Shown: in pieces, positions 10,180-20,987 of the stretch
Numbering within the stretch: position 1 is the first letter of the stretch
How the letters are laid out: every line of letters begins with the position of its first letter
Source: Giardia intestinalis
Lineage: Eukaryota
Assembly (NCBI GenBank): GCA_000002435.2
Contig: CM018793.1
DNA length: 64,000 nt
Direction: 5' to 3' (one strand)
The notes under the pieces: model-generated
Told to the model about the DNA's origin: nothing
Seen by the model: only the letters and a program-made list of their open reading frames with translations
Databases searched by the model: none
Translations under genes and position numbers: made by a program

Positions 10180-10553
10180 CTAGTCAATTGAACGTGAATC
10201 GGTAAGCTAAAGAGAAGTGAATTATATGCGATACGAGCGCGTCGCAGAGGCGCCTGCCTCGCTCTGGCAGCGATTTTATGCTGAGTGGGGAATGGTTACA
10301 ATCGACAGTGACGGCATTTTTTAATTAATTGATGATCCCAAGGACCTGTAGACGTCTACGGCCATATTATGAATCCAAGGTTTATGAGCTTGCACGTTCG
10401 CAGAAATCGCTGAACACAAACATCGAGAGGAACAAAAGTGCCACAGAGTCAGTAACACGGACGTAATCTAAACAAACTGAGCAGGAAGCCGTCGTTTCTT
10501 TCCAACTTAAACGCCCTGTAATTTTTCAGGACAACAATTTTATAGTTCAAAAA

Positions 10554-11714
10554 ATGGCATCCAGCACGCACTCAGGCAATCTGCTGGGAGTCCAGCTCGG
10601 TGGCTCCCTCGCAATCTTGGCAGTCGGTGTGTGCGGGTCCTTCATTCCTTACATGCTTGTTAAATGCAGGTCGTCAGACAAGGCCTTGCTTTATTTAAAT
10701 GCAGGTTCTGCTGGGATCCTCCTGGGCGCTGCATTTATACATATGGTTCCCGAAGCGACTGGGAAGCTTGATGCTCTTCTGGGCGGCTTCCCCCTGTCCT
10801 ATTTCTTATTCTGCATCGGTCTCTTTCTCATGATTTGGCTCGCAAGGATAGGCGGTCATCCGCATCCGCACGTCAACCCCCGCATCCATCCGGATTGCAA
10901 CGTGTGTATGCAGCCCTCCATCTTGCATAATGCGCAGACACAACTTTACAGTGGTAACGACCACGGCCACGAGCACAAGGATACCGTCTCCCTCCAGGCC
11001 CACGGAGCCTCCAGTGCGGCTGCAGTCGCAACCTCAGCTTCAGTGGTCATGAGTGTCGGTTCTACAGACGCACTCGTTGATTGCAGCTCGTGCAACTGCG
11101 AGATTGGTCAGTGCAAGGAGTGCGATCAAAGCTATTTTCTGAAGGTTGACCCTGCTTGCGAGCAGCATGTGCACTGCACCGGTGCTGATAGAAAGCTTTT
11201 TAAATGCAAACAGTTGCGATCCGTTCTATTGCTCTTGCTGGGCCTTTCTGTGCACTCGTTCACTGCAGGGCTATCTCTTGGCTTCACGCAGACAGTGGAC
11301 CAGGCCGTCGGTATCTTTCTTGCCATTATCCTTCACAAGTGGTGTGAAACGTGCGCTCAGTCTTTGTCCGGCATACGTAACGGGCTTTCCATGAAGACTA
11401 ATGCTGCTGTCACAGCGGCACTTTCTCTCGTTACTCCTGTGGGCGCTTGGATCGGGATCCTTATCCAGTCTACGAATGGTGGTGCCACAGATTCTATCAT
11501 ATTCGACTACATCAGCGACGCGCTCATAATGTTTGTTGCGGGGACGTTCGTGCAGATTATTTTCGAAGAGATTCTTTTGAACTACGTTCCTGCAGAGACT
11601 GTTCATGGCCGAGACACCGCCTGCAGCATGACCCTTCGCGTTCTTACTATGCTCCTGGGCTTTGCCTTTATGTGCTGTGTCTCTGTCATCGAGGGGGTCG
11701 TGGGGGAGAAGTGA
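10554..11714 (+). CDS. ZIP-family (Zrt/Irt-like) divalent metal transporter
   Basis: Multi-pass hydrophobic protein with a His-rich cytosolic loop (GGHPHPHVNPRIHPD...NDHGHEHKD) and the ZIP signature region (LLLLLGLSVHSFTAGLSLG...AIILHKWCE). Initiator 'tagttcaaaaaATG'. Confidence 0.8.
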   Translation: MASSTHSGNLLGVQLGGSLAILAVGVCGSFIPYMLVKCRSSDKALLYLNAGSAGILLGAAFIHMVPEATGKLDALLGGFPLSYFLFCIGLFLMIWLARIGGHPHPHVNPRIHPDCNVCMQPSILHNAQTQLYSGNDHGHEHKDTVSLQAHGASSAAAVATSASVVMSVGSTDALVDCSSCNCEIGQCKECDQSYFLKVDPACEQHVHCTGADRKLFKCKQLRSVLLLLLGLSVHSFTAGLSLGFTQTVDQAVGIFLAIILHKWCETCAQSLSGIRNGLSMKTNAAVTAALSLVTPVGAWIGILIQSTNGGATDSIIFDYISDALIMFVAGTFVQIIFEEILLNYVPAETVHGRDTACSMTLRVLTMLLGFAFMCCVSVIEGVVGEK

Positions 11715-11749
11715 CAGACGTCTTCTCTATCCATTCAATCGTCCATCCA

Positions 11750-13372
11750 ATGGAACCTAAAAGTGAATTATTGACATTAAGCTGGTTCTATTGGCCTATG
11801 CGTTTTCACTGCCGCTGCATAGAGAAGATGTGCCGCAATTTTGTCTTCGGCTCTCCGATACCGCTTCTGTCCGTCAGTAAAGCGTGGAACATCTTGAATG
11901 ATGTCTATCAGTTTGGAGGGCTCAACGATCACATTCTTCAAGCCGCCCGTGACAGCTGTTTTATAACACGCTTCACAGCAGGCACATTCCAGGCCTTCGC
12001 CCAGGCCGTCCAGAGAAAGGAGGCCGCAGCCTATTGGATAATTAGAGTCTATAAAGGCCACGACTCTTACACTCTCAGCTCTACCATCGAAGTGAGACAC
12101 AAAGGAGAAGCAGCCGCGCGTTTCTCTATGATCTGTGACATCTCGCACAGCTACATACAAGCTAGGTCTGCATTCGACGTCCCTCTCGCATGTGACAAGT
12201 GCATCGCTGAATTTGCAGACAAGCGAATGGGGGCACCTGCACTGATCTCGTGGTCTCCTCGATGCACTGTATTTAGAGCTGTTCCTCAAACGCTTCGCGG
12301 AACGTTTCAATCTCCTGCCAATCGACTGTCCACGAGTCCTCCAAGTCCAGCCAAGGCACTGGTTAGTAAGGGTGTTATTGTTCTAACGCCGCGTTCTCCA
12401 GAATCTCGCTCTGTCCCAGCACCATCCCACAGAATCCCATCTCCTCAACCATATACGTATAGATATGCTCTCTGTGCACGTCCTTCGTCTTTTGAGCAAT
12501 CACCTAACAGAGACACTGGCATGTACATTGGTATGCCGCAATCTGACTCCAGAGATGGCGAAGAGGTCCTCAGGCCTATCTTTCCAGTTTCCTGCCGAGC
12601 CATGGTTGATGAATACAGCTACTATTCTTCTATGTACTGCGTCTCTGCGTCCTACATGTTTTCATCTCTGGATGTTTTAGGAGAGCTGGTTTCTGACCGT
12701 GTCCTCACCGACATATCTGACTTGATGGATCCAATTGCGAAGGAAGCGCAGGATTTCGAGCTCTCGTTTACCGACTTATTTACTGACTCAGAAAGCACGG
12801 AATGCGTAAGCACAAGCACAGAAGGCGATAAGAGCAGTAGGGATGATATTAGCGAAGATGACATTAGCGAAAGTGGGAAGCAGGAGGAGCATGAGACAGA
12901 ACCTCCTTTAAAGCAGCAGGAAAGGGGGGACGCAAACAATAGACTCTTCGCTGATAACATTAGAAGGGCTAATGGAACTAATAAGGCTGCACGGATGGCA
13001 TCGCAGGTCCTAAAACGTATAGAGAACATGAACTCTGTGGCCCCAGGGGCAAGTGGGGACAGTCAGGTGGACAGTAATGAGATAGTGCCTATCGTAGGAG
13101 AAGCCGTAGAAAAGATCGAAGAGACGGCAACGGACAAATACATTCGCTCAATGCCTCTACACTATCCTATACTGGCCATTCCGTGCCCCGATTCTAAACC
13201 CTATGACTCCGGACAGCATCTTCTGTCGCCATCTTCTGGTACATCCTCTCCAGCCAAAGGACAAAGGCTTTCAGACTCATCCAAGGTCTATAACCACAAA
13301 ACGTTCATGAACCTCGAAGACCTGGTGCAGCACTTCTGCTCTTTAATTGTGGCTGGGAAGATAGATAAATAA
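11750..13372 (+). CDS. Hypothetical protein (about 540 aa)
   Basis: The ORF track starts at a TTG (11447), which overlaps the ZIP gene in another frame. The first ATG is at 11750 (MEPKSELL), just after the ZIP stop. Acidic S/D/E-rich segments. No domain recognised. Confidence 0.5.
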   Translation: MEPKSELLTLSWFYWPMRFHCRCIEKMCRNFVFGSPIPLLSVSKAWNILNDVYQFGGLNDHILQAARDSCFITRFTAGTFQAFAQAVQRKEAAAYWIIRVYKGHDSYTLSSTIEVRHKGEAAARFSMICDISHSYIQARSAFDVPLACDKCIAEFADKRMGAPALISWSPRCTVFRAVPQTLRGTFQSPANRLSTSPPSPAKALVSKGVIVLTPRSPESRSVPAPSHRIPSPQPYTYRYALCARPSSFEQSPNRDTGMYIGMPQSDSRDGEEVLRPIFPVSCRAMVDEYSYYSSMYCVSASYMFSSLDVLGELVSDRVLTDISDLMDPIAKEAQDFELSFTDLFTDSESTECVSTSTEGDKSSRDDISEDDISESGKQEEHETEPPLKQQERGDANNRLFADNIRRANGTNKAARMASQVLKRIENMNSVAPGASGDSQVDSNEIVPIVGEAVEKIEETATDKYIRSMPLHYPILAIPCPDSKPYDSGQHLLSPSSGTSSPAKGQRLSDSSKVYNHKTFMNLEDLVQHFCSLIVAGKIDK

Positions 13373-13704
13373 TTTACAAAAAAATTGATTACATGCAGAA
13401 GTCTTATCAAGAAGTTGGTTTGTACGCTGTGTCCAGCTAACAGTCCGTGGTGGCGAATAATACAGTACATGAACATACACTTACCAGGGCAGGTGTTTCT
13501 CGGCTTGTTTTCGCTGTTTACTCTCTGATTTGTGCTGAAAGCTTACCATCCCACGCCTAATTAGAGGAAATTAAATGCAAAAAACGTTCTGTTTTTGGGC
13601 AAAACCTTGGTAAGAAATGTTGCGAAGCACAAGACTTTGGTTGGAGGTCAAACCGATCGCATGGCTCGTCTTATCGATGGAACTAAAAGACCTCATTTTA
13701 AAAA

Positions 13705-15456
13705 ATGTCAATTGATGGGGGAACCACCGCAAGATCTACAAGTCAATTGGAGGGTACTGACTATTGTGGCAGAAGCACTAGGGAATCCTCGCACAGTAGC
13801 TCTAGTCATCACCAGAGTACACGCAGTAGAAAGGGCGTTGCCCCCTGTTCTATGATAGATAACAAACACAAAGGCAGGTTGTCTGCGCAATCCTTGGCTT
13901 CCATGCGGCGGAGGGGGTCAGAGAGCTCGTCGAGACTTAATGGAAGAGCTCCCAGCTCGTCGTATTCCAGGGATCATCACATCTGGACTGAAAAAGAAGT
14001 CAAAGAATTCTATACGATTCTGGTGAGATGGGGTTCGTTGCAGTTCAAGAAAATCTCATCTGTTCTTCAGCCCGACGAGGAAGGATCAAGCACTCGCTTT
14101 AAAAATAAGTGGAATGGAGAAAAGAAGAGAGCAATTATTCGGAGGCCTACGTATGATTGCAGAACTCTGATCATCTCTGTGATCAATGACTATATCGCAC
14201 TGCTTTTCGATTCCTCCCCTGGTCCTGTTGTTGGCCAGGAAGAGCGGGAAAGGCTCGCATCTTGGATAACTGATTTGATTGCCACTCTGCCTCTGGACAC
14301 AAACAAAAACACATCTCACCAGGTTACCAAACATGTAGTAGATGTATACAATAAATTCTTCAACTATAGAACCAAGCTCGACATGCTTCGGTGCCTCTAC
14401 GCGGACAACGGACTGACCCAACCACTCGAGCATGTCACTCTGGGGCCTGCACAGTCGTCACCCCCAGTTGTGGGTGCCAACCCCATGCAGCTTTCCGCTC
14501 CTCTAGCTATGTCTTTGTCTCCCCAGCTGCAGGTCCAACCAGCTATGCCCGCTCTGGATCGGTGCGGTGTTGCACCCGAGAATCCACAGTATCAGCATCA
14601 GCAACAGATACTAGCGAATGCCTCGCCTTGCTTTAATGTCAGCCTGCAAAACTCAGCGCAGCAGACGCTCACAAACCACGTATCCTCCGTCCTTGTCCAA
14701 CCAATCTGGTCACTCAATACCGCAGAAGGAGTCGCTATCCAGAACCCCTGCCTTATACAGTCTGCTAATGGCCTGATTCTTGCGCAGGACCTCACCACTC
14801 TGCCTAACAGTGACCTGATAGCGCAGCTAAGGAACATGCTTGGGATGCCGCAGTATAGCAATATAGCCCAGATGCCATTCAACGTTCACCAACCCGAAGG
14901 AAGGGAAGCAATCATCAAAGCTATAATAGAGCAAAACGAACGGGTAAATGCCCAGCTTCGGCAGCAGCTTGTCTATCAACCAGTTTATCAACATCTGCCA
15001 CAATTCATCTCTATCTCTGCACCGGTTCTCCCAACTGTGACATACAGAGATGTTGAGTCGCCTCCTCAGGTGACGATCTGCCTTGCCAATGCACAGAGAG
15101 CTGCTGACTTGGAGACAGTCAATGCAGTTGACGCAGTGGCTGTGACCCTGCCGCAACAAGGACAGATATTTTGCGAGTCCGTCCCAGCACACCCTGCGTC
15201 AACTTTCTCCATTAACAACGTTTCATCCGAGACTATCAGTCCGCGTCTAGTTGACCCTAGATTAGCTAGTTCTGCTGGCCTGGAAACACGGATGCGGAGT
15301 CCAGACATGCTCGCAGTTTCTTCGGCCTCTCCAGCTCCCTCGATAGATGGAAGTTTTAGCAGTAAGGATACCCCAGTTGAAATAAGCGATTCTTCTGGAA
15401 AGATAAGGCCAACGATATCGGCATCTCTCGAATCAACAGGCCCTTCGTTGCCATAA
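13705..15456 (+). CDS. Hypothetical Q-rich protein (583 aa), possible degenerate SANT/Myb-like segment
   Basis: Initiator 'cattttaaaaaATGtca'. The N-terminal stretch HIWTEKEVKEFYTILVRWGSLQFKKIS...KNKWNG has Myb-like tryptophan periodicity, but with atypical spacing. The C-terminal half is Q/P/S-rich (PQYQHQQQILANASP). Confidence 0.55.
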   Translation: MSIDGGTTARSTSQLEGTDYCGRSTRESSHSSSSHHQSTRSRKGVAPCSMIDNKHKGRLSAQSLASMRRRGSESSSRLNGRAPSSSYSRDHHIWTEKEVKEFYTILVRWGSLQFKKISSVLQPDEEGSSTRFKNKWNGEKKRAIIRRPTYDCRTLIISVINDYIALLFDSSPGPVVGQEERERLASWITDLIATLPLDTNKNTSHQVTKHVVDVYNKFFNYRTKLDMLRCLYADNGLTQPLEHVTLGPAQSSPPVVGANPMQLSAPLAMSLSPQLQVQPAMPALDRCGVAPENPQYQHQQQILANASPCFNVSLQNSAQQTLTNHVSSVLVQPIWSLNTAEGVAIQNPCLIQSANGLILAQDLTTLPNSDLIAQLRNMLGMPQYSNIAQMPFNVHQPEGREAIIKAIIEQNERVNAQLRQQLVYQPVYQHLPQFISISAPVLPTVTYRDVESPPQVTICLANAQRAADLETVNAVDAVAVTLPQQGQIFCESVPAHPASTFSINNVSSETISPRLVDPRLASSAGLETRMRSPDMLAVSSASPAPSIDGSFSSKDTPVEISDSSGKIRPTISASLESTGPSLP

Positions 15457-15722
15457 CCTTCATTACCATAATATCCTGATCATCTTTCTAAAAATTTCTG
15501 TAAGGAGTGTGCAATCCATGTAATAGACTCACTGATCTTTTCGTTCAGATTTTTATCTAGAATTGCCCATAATTTTTAATCTTTAATCTTTAGTGGTCAG
15601 TATGCTTTAGTTATATCTTATAGCTTTTTTAGCTGCTCTTTTGTCCTTTGCTCTCTTTCGGTGTTAGTTTCCTTGCCCGTTTCCGATTGATTTGCGTTTC
15701 CATTTTGCTTTCCAATTAAAAA

Positions 15723-17312
15723 ATGGCCGATGTTTCATTTCTTGAGCCATACAAAGAGCTGTTGGTCTCAGATGATATTATTAGCAACGCTGACGAACTA
15801 GACCTTGTGGTTTTACCCTTGTATGACGAATCGGATGCAAAGTACTATCGCAACATCATTGAGGGTTTCTGCAGAATGCAGGAGTATACAGACTTTTGGA
15901 AGACGATGAAGGTTTTGCGTAACCAGGTCTTTGCCCTGACGAAGAAGTGCGACCCAACCAAAGAGGACATTCTTTTCCCAAAAGATAGTCTCGTCTTCCC
16001 TTCCAGTCTCCTAGACCCTATGCGGTCGTGCATGACCCCAAGGTTTCCTAACGTGCGCTTCAAGAACCTCGACGGCACCGCGTCTTACGTCATACAATTG
16101 ACCGACCTTACTACATGGGGAAACGCTGCAAGCCAGTGTAATGGAGCTGCGCTTGTCAAAAACAGTGTAGATACAGTCCCTGCCCCGATATTTAAAATTA
16201 TCGACGGTAAAGCAACGCACTGGAGGACAGGGGACTACCTACCAGAATACATGACAGACGCCCTGTTTCTTCTTGACGAAGCGCGAATCAGTGTTAGTAC
16301 CGTGGAGAAAGAAAGTTGTGGTGTCGATGACCTTGATTCTCCTCTCTTTGTTGGCGGTGAACTTCACTACCGTATTGTTCTCACAGTTAACAAGCTCTGC
16401 TCCGAAAATCGTATGTTTGAAGAAAGCTATGGAGTGGCTTGCATAGGGTCGTTCTGCCTAGAATCGTCTGAATTGATAAGGCCCAACACAATTGTCAAAA
16501 TGGATGATGGGGTATATGTAGCTACACTCTCACCAACAGACAAAGATGACTTGGCTCACTTTCAAATCTCTCTAACAACGAGTAGTATTGCGCTGTTGAG
16601 AACTGTCCCAGTACTGTCTGACGCACCATCTGCCGGGATAGATGGCAAGGGTATTGACATAGAGATATTAGACTCAATCCCATTGAATGGGTCACTATAC
16701 CACATGGCCATCATTGCAGGCTCAAGTGCTCCTAGGAACATACTCCCGTCCAGAAAGGTGGATCTCAAGATTGCCCTACGCCCTTCAAAATCCGTTGAAC
16801 CTCTACCAGTGAAAGACTTTATGATTCAGGATACAATATCAATGTTCAAACACTCAGATATAACGGAGGTTTTAAAGTACGGATGCGGTCACTACATGAC
16901 TCCAAACTATGGAGCGCAGCTTCTTCGCTTGCCCGTGGAGTGCTTCTTCGGTACTGGTATGTGTGCGACTTCACAGCATATTCGCCTGACAGTGCATGTG
17001 ATTGCCCTGATGCTGGCTTTAATTAGTGTTATAATAATGCTCGTGTACATTGTGGGAAAACTGATAGCAATTAGACGATTGAAGGCAGCATCACGAAAGC
17101 AGGAGGCTGACACCGGGATTGTCCTGCGTCACAGCGTTACAAAGACCTCTAGAAGCGCTCTAAAAAGGGTTGTCCGAGAGAGCCAACGCATACATGCCAA
17201 CCACTTGGATCGGAAAAGAATGGCTCTCAAAGCAGCTATATCCAATGCAGGACCAATGAGCTTACGGGACGCTTCAGCGATTTTGGATGTATTTTCGCTG
17301 AACAATCAGTAA
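15723..17312 (+). CDS. Hypothetical protein (529 aa) with a single predicted transmembrane helix near the C-terminus
   Basis: Initiator 'ccaattaaaaaATGgcc'. Hydrophobic segment LTVHVIALMLALISVIIMLVYIVGKLIAI followed by a basic stretch (RRLKAASRKQ). No obvious signal peptide. Confidence 0.55.
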   Translation: MADVSFLEPYKELLVSDDIISNADELDLVVLPLYDESDAKYYRNIIEGFCRMQEYTDFWKTMKVLRNQVFALTKKCDPTKEDILFPKDSLVFPSSLLDPMRSCMTPRFPNVRFKNLDGTASYVIQLTDLTTWGNAASQCNGAALVKNSVDTVPAPIFKIIDGKATHWRTGDYLPEYMTDALFLLDEARISVSTVEKESCGVDDLDSPLFVGGELHYRIVLTVNKLCSENRMFEESYGVACIGSFCLESSELIRPNTIVKMDDGVYVATLSPTDKDDLAHFQISLTTSSIALLRTVPVLSDAPSAGIDGKGIDIEILDSIPLNGSLYHMAIIAGSSAPRNILPSRKVDLKIALRPSKSVEPLPVKDFMIQDTISMFKHSDITEVLKYGCGHYMTPNYGAQLLRLPVECFFGTGMCATSQHIRLTVHVIALMLALISVIIMLVYIVGKLIAIRRLKAASRKQEADTGIVLRHSVTKTSRSALKRVVRESQRIHANHLDRKRMALKAAISNAGPMSLRDASAILDVFSLNNQ

Positions 17313-17721
17313 TCATCATCACACCTAGTGCATAAACCGCGTAAAGTGCGTAAACTTTTGCCTTTTGTGAATAAAATGCCACTTCCTACGAATTCAGAGA
17401 CCCGGAAGCCCGTTGATGCATGAAGCATCCAACCGATTGGGCTGATATTTCATAAGCCTAAATGTTGATAGTATTTAAATTGGTTTTTGTAAACAAAATT
17501 GCCAAAAGCATTGGAAATTTGACTACAAGCTGCTTGAATTCGGAGAGGAGTTACACTACCCTCTGCGTATGCGTTGTAGATTTTCTGAGCGGAAGGTGCG
17601 GAGAAGCAGGTGTGCGTCGAGTATGCCAGGAGCAGGCTTGCTATTTGCGGGGCTAAGGGCGCATGCAGCAGCTCGTTTAAGAGATGCATTCACTCACGTT
17701 CGTGGATGCTTCCATTTTAAA

Positions 17722-19245
17722 ATGTCCCTGCCTCTTTACCCTGCGTCTATCCTAAATCTGCGCCCTCCCTTAGTATTGTATTTGAATAAAATAATCTACC
17801 GATTGCCAAAGTGGGCCTTCGTTCCATACACATTGATTTGCGTGACTTCCACCTTGTTACTATCTGAGAACAGTACTACTATTCTGCCTTATTGGTTTCA
17901 TTGTCCCACTGCACTCCTATTGCACTTTTTCTTTGTGGTTATCTGTTGGACATGCATCTTAGCCTTTAACCTATGTATATTTGTGATCTTGCGTTGTGCA
18001 CACCACGACAAGAGCAGTTCACTTCTTTTGTATTTATCTCTGCTCTGTCACTTCACTGGCACTAGCTGTTTTAGAGCGCACACTGCCAACCACTCGTGCT
18101 CAACCCTTCACTCATCCGCCTCTCAACAACTGTATCAGGATCTGGTCACAGAGGAAACAACCGATGACTTCGGAGCAGGAGATGAAGTCTATGACAGCAA
18201 TGCATCTGTCTCAGTGTCAACGACCAGTACGGCTAAGAAGTCCACACCCAGTTCTCGGTACAACGCGCGCAGAAAGAATAAAGGACTACTTACCACGACA
18301 ACCAAAAGCGAAGCAATATGGATCGAATTGGAATTAGAACGGTATCCAAGGGTGTCAGCACCGCTCGACGAGGAAGACTCACTGGACAATAGAGACACAG
18401 ACAAGGTAGTTTCCATGAAACCAAATAAGACAGTTTCGGGGTCTTCTCTGGAGTCGGATATGGCAGGGACAGGTGCCGGAGCTCTTTCAAAGGACCACAT
18501 CTTAGCACTGAGTGGCAAGGCTGTAGTTGTCAGTAGCCTTGCTAACATTATACTGACTCCAGAACAAGCAGAGAAAGCAATGAAAGCCAAGAACAAAATG
18601 CTTAAACTTCGTAACTCACAAAAGGACGTTTGTATCTGTAAAGGAAACTGTGGCGCACACTTCTCATTGCCAAGGCAGCGCTATCTGGAATACATGATGT
18701 CCACAGATGAGCTGGGAGAAGTGGTGTTTACTCCGTATTTGGGCGTGGGCGTTGCCCATAAGCATATCCGGATGCCGCCACTAAAGGTCTTTATTGTGGG
18801 GTCCAAAGCTGGTAATAGCAAGGCGAGGCCTGGAAAGACAACCACATCACGGCGGACATCAGACACCAAATTTGTCCCCACACAATTAAAAACTAAGCTC
18901 AGCATAAAAGACTCTAACGAAGAATACAAACAGATTAGCAGGATGGATAAGATAGTACCTTTGGTACCCTCTGTGTTGACGACACCAAACGGGAAACGTA
19001 ACCTGTCACCCGCACCGTTACCCTACACCCACAACAGAAGTCCTGAATGGTCTGACTTGGAAGGAGACAAAGACAGGGATAAGGTGTGCAACAAACAGGC
19101 GGAGCACTCAGGAAAGTATAGCGAATCTGTTGAAAAGCCAAGTACATCTACAAGCAAACGCAGCAGTCACTTTGATAGACGGACCACTGAATGTAATGAT
19201 AAAACCCCTGTTTCCGTCAGTGACTGGGATGATTTGTCTGCGTAG
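17722..19245 (+). CDS. Hypothetical protein (about 507 aa) with N-terminal hydrophobic segments and a S/T/K-rich C-terminal half
   Basis: The ORF-track start at 17569 (MRCRF...) lacks an initiator context. The in-frame ATG at 17722 sits in 'cttccattttaaaATGtcc', a canonical A/T-rich initiator, so I prefer that start. Confidence 0.45.
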   Translation: MSLPLYPASILNLRPPLVLYLNKIIYRLPKWAFVPYTLICVTSTLLLSENSTTILPYWFHCPTALLLHFFFVVICWTCILAFNLCIFVILRCAHHDKSSSLLLYLSLLCHFTGTSCFRAHTANHSCSTLHSSASQQLYQDLVTEETTDDFGAGDEVYDSNASVSVSTTSTAKKSTPSSRYNARRKNKGLLTTTTKSEAIWIELELERYPRVSAPLDEEDSLDNRDTDKVVSMKPNKTVSGSSLESDMAGTGAGALSKDHILALSGKAVVVSSLANIILTPEQAEKAMKAKNKMLKLRNSQKDVCICKGNCGAHFSLPRQRYLEYMMSTDELGEVVFTPYLGVGVAHKHIRMPPLKVFIVGSKAGNSKARPGKTTTSRRTSDTKFVPTQLKTKLSIKDSNEEYKQISRMDKIVPLVPSVLTTPNGKRNLSPAPLPYTHNRSPEWSDLEGDKDRDKVCNKQAEHSGKYSESVEKPSTSTSKRSSHFDRRTTECNDKTPVSVSDWDDLSA

Positions 19246-19284
19246 AGCAGAGTAGCTATGTTGATCTATAATTATGCTCTCTCA

Positions 19285-20877
19285 TTATGCAAAGATAACT
19301 CTATTCTCATCTGTTGGACGGATCGTAGATAACCTGCTCAGCTGGACTTTAAACTCGTCCATTAAGCCAAGCCTCTCTATATAAAGTTCAAACAGGTTCT
19401 TGTGCTCATAAGATGCGCGCTCTATTAGCCCGTCTAGTAATAGATTCAGCAGCTTAAGCAACTCAGTGGGGCTCGAAGACAAGCGGGTCTCGTCCTTGGA
19501 CTCATGCTTTCTGCTAGCAACAAGTGCGCTTATCAAGATCTCTGCAAAGAGGTTAGAGCCACAGAATGCTTGATCACAGTTGTTACAGAACTCCGGTAAG
19601 AGAAACCCGTTTTCGTCGGAAAAGTAGCCTAAAATGTCGTAAAGGATTGCTCTGCATGTCTCCAGCTCACATATGAAGCGCTCGCGAATTTCCTTTATCT
19701 CATTGTTGGTGATGCTTTGTTGTTTGAGCTGGGTCTCTAGACATTGCTCCACCCCCTTAACCTTATATGTGTGGACAGTAGTGGTTGTAAGGAGGTGCTT
19801 AATCTGAAAGAACGTGTTCATAAAGTACGACTGAGCATCATCCTTTATGTTCATCATACTATCTAGTAGTAAAATTATGTGATTGATCAATGTCTGAAGC
19901 ACAATATTGGGTCCAATATTGAATGCTCTGCAGATGGATAGAGCTTCTTCTATGTCGCCTCGCCGAGCCAGGCAGTCAAGGAGCTCTGTGACAGAAAGCT
20001 GAAGCACTTGTGAGGGCCTGCAGCAGCACGACGCCTGATTAACGGAAGCTGCTAGTATAGATATTCCGTCAGACGATATATACCCCCTTCTGCTTGGAGT
20101 CGACAGGTCTGTCATGGCGCTAACCTTCACAAATTCCCGTCTAATCTGCCCAACGGTCCACTCAAACTCGTCCTGTTGAAACAGGTGAAAGTTATCTAGG
20201 ATGACTTCTGCTTCGTGCTTGTTAATATTTGCTGTCTGGACATCTTGTAAAACCGACTTAGCTAGGAAATGCTGGGACTGCTTGGACACTCCCCATTTGG
20301 CTCCCACTATAAAATCGGGCAAGATATTCTTTTTTACGAAGTACGACGCATGCGATAACACCCCAACAATATTCGCAGCTATCGCAAGGGAGCGCTGGGA
20401 CTCTAGTAGCAAATTTCGGATCTCGTCCTCGAGTTGGCTGTTGGCCTTTTCGCCGTCGAATATGTCAGTATCACTTGTTAAAATAATTGCCTGCTCAAGA
20501 CAAAGAGATGCTAGACGCATCATCGCCCCGGAAGCATATTGGTAAGCTCCTTGCTTGAAGAAAAATGAAAAAGCAAGCTTGTAGGCCATTGGCTCTATGG
20601 TTTGCTTGTTCTTCTCAGCACGAATCATAATATAATTATGCACCACGGAGCTCAAAGGCCCCCATGTGCTATCAACTACAAATTTATACAGACGATTAGC
20701 GAGTGCGTAATCCAAAAGGCTGTAGACGTCCTTTATTATTCGTGGTGTAATGTTGCCATTTTCATGACGAAGTGTAGTAAGAACGCCGGCAAACCGGTCG
20801 AAAATCTCCACTTCCATTTTTGATTTTATGTCAGATGACTTCTGATGCCGCAGATATGAAATGGGAGGACTTTCCAT
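19285..20877 (-). CDS. Hypothetical protein (530 aa)
   Basis: Long minus-strand ORF. The track start at 20880 is a GTG; the first ATG is at 20877 (MESPPISY). Stop lies 39 bp from the convergent upstream + gene. No domain recognised. Confidence 0.6.
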   Translation of the reverse strand: MESPPISYLRHQKSSDIKSKMEVEIFDRFAGVLTTLRHENGNITPRIIKDVYSLLDYALANRLYKFVVDSTWGPLSSVVHNYIMIRAEKNKQTIEPMAYKLAFSFFFKQGAYQYASGAMMRLASLCLEQAIILTSDTDIFDGEKANSQLEDEIRNLLLESQRSLAIAANIVGVLSHASYFVKKNILPDFIVGAKWGVSKQSQHFLAKSVLQDVQTANINKHEAEVILDNFHLFQQDEFEWTVGQIRREFVKVSAMTDLSTPSRRGYISSDGISILAASVNQASCCCRPSQVLQLSVTELLDCLARRGDIEEALSICRAFNIGPNIVLQTLINHIILLLDSMMNIKDDAQSYFMNTFFQIKHLLTTTTVHTYKVKGVEQCLETQLKQQSITNNEIKEIRERFICELETCRAILYDILGYFSDENGFLLPEFCNNCDQAFCGSNLFAEILISALVASRKHESKDETRLSSSPTELLKLLNLLLDGLIERASYEHKNLFELYIERLGLMDEFKVQLSRLSTIRPTDENRVIFA

Positions 20878-20987
20878 CACTGGTATGGTCAGATTACAGT
20901 CAGGAATACGTTCAGGCGTTTACACGGAATGGTGCTTACCCGACCTCAAACTCGTGGTTCATAACATCAGCCATAAATTCTAATTTA

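Noticed and set aside
16405-16420. 'gtatgtt' resembling the Giardia 5' splice-site consensus
   Set aside because: It lies in frame within continuous coding sequence (…NRMFEESYG…), and there is no downstream CT[AG]AC..CACAG branch/3' motif. No intron is supported anywhere in the window.
17313-17721. ORF-track start 17569 and small ORFs 17450..17689 (-) and 17462..17656 (+)
   Set aside because: No initiator context. The strong 'ttttaaaATG' at 17722 in the same frame is the likelier start, and the small ORFs are intergenic noise.
20835-20987. Upstream in-frame ATG (20835) as the IscU start
   Set aside because: It would overlap the divergent neighbour's coding start by 43 nt and add 51 non-homologous residues. 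The 20988 ATG has the A/T initiator and yields a typical targeting presequence.
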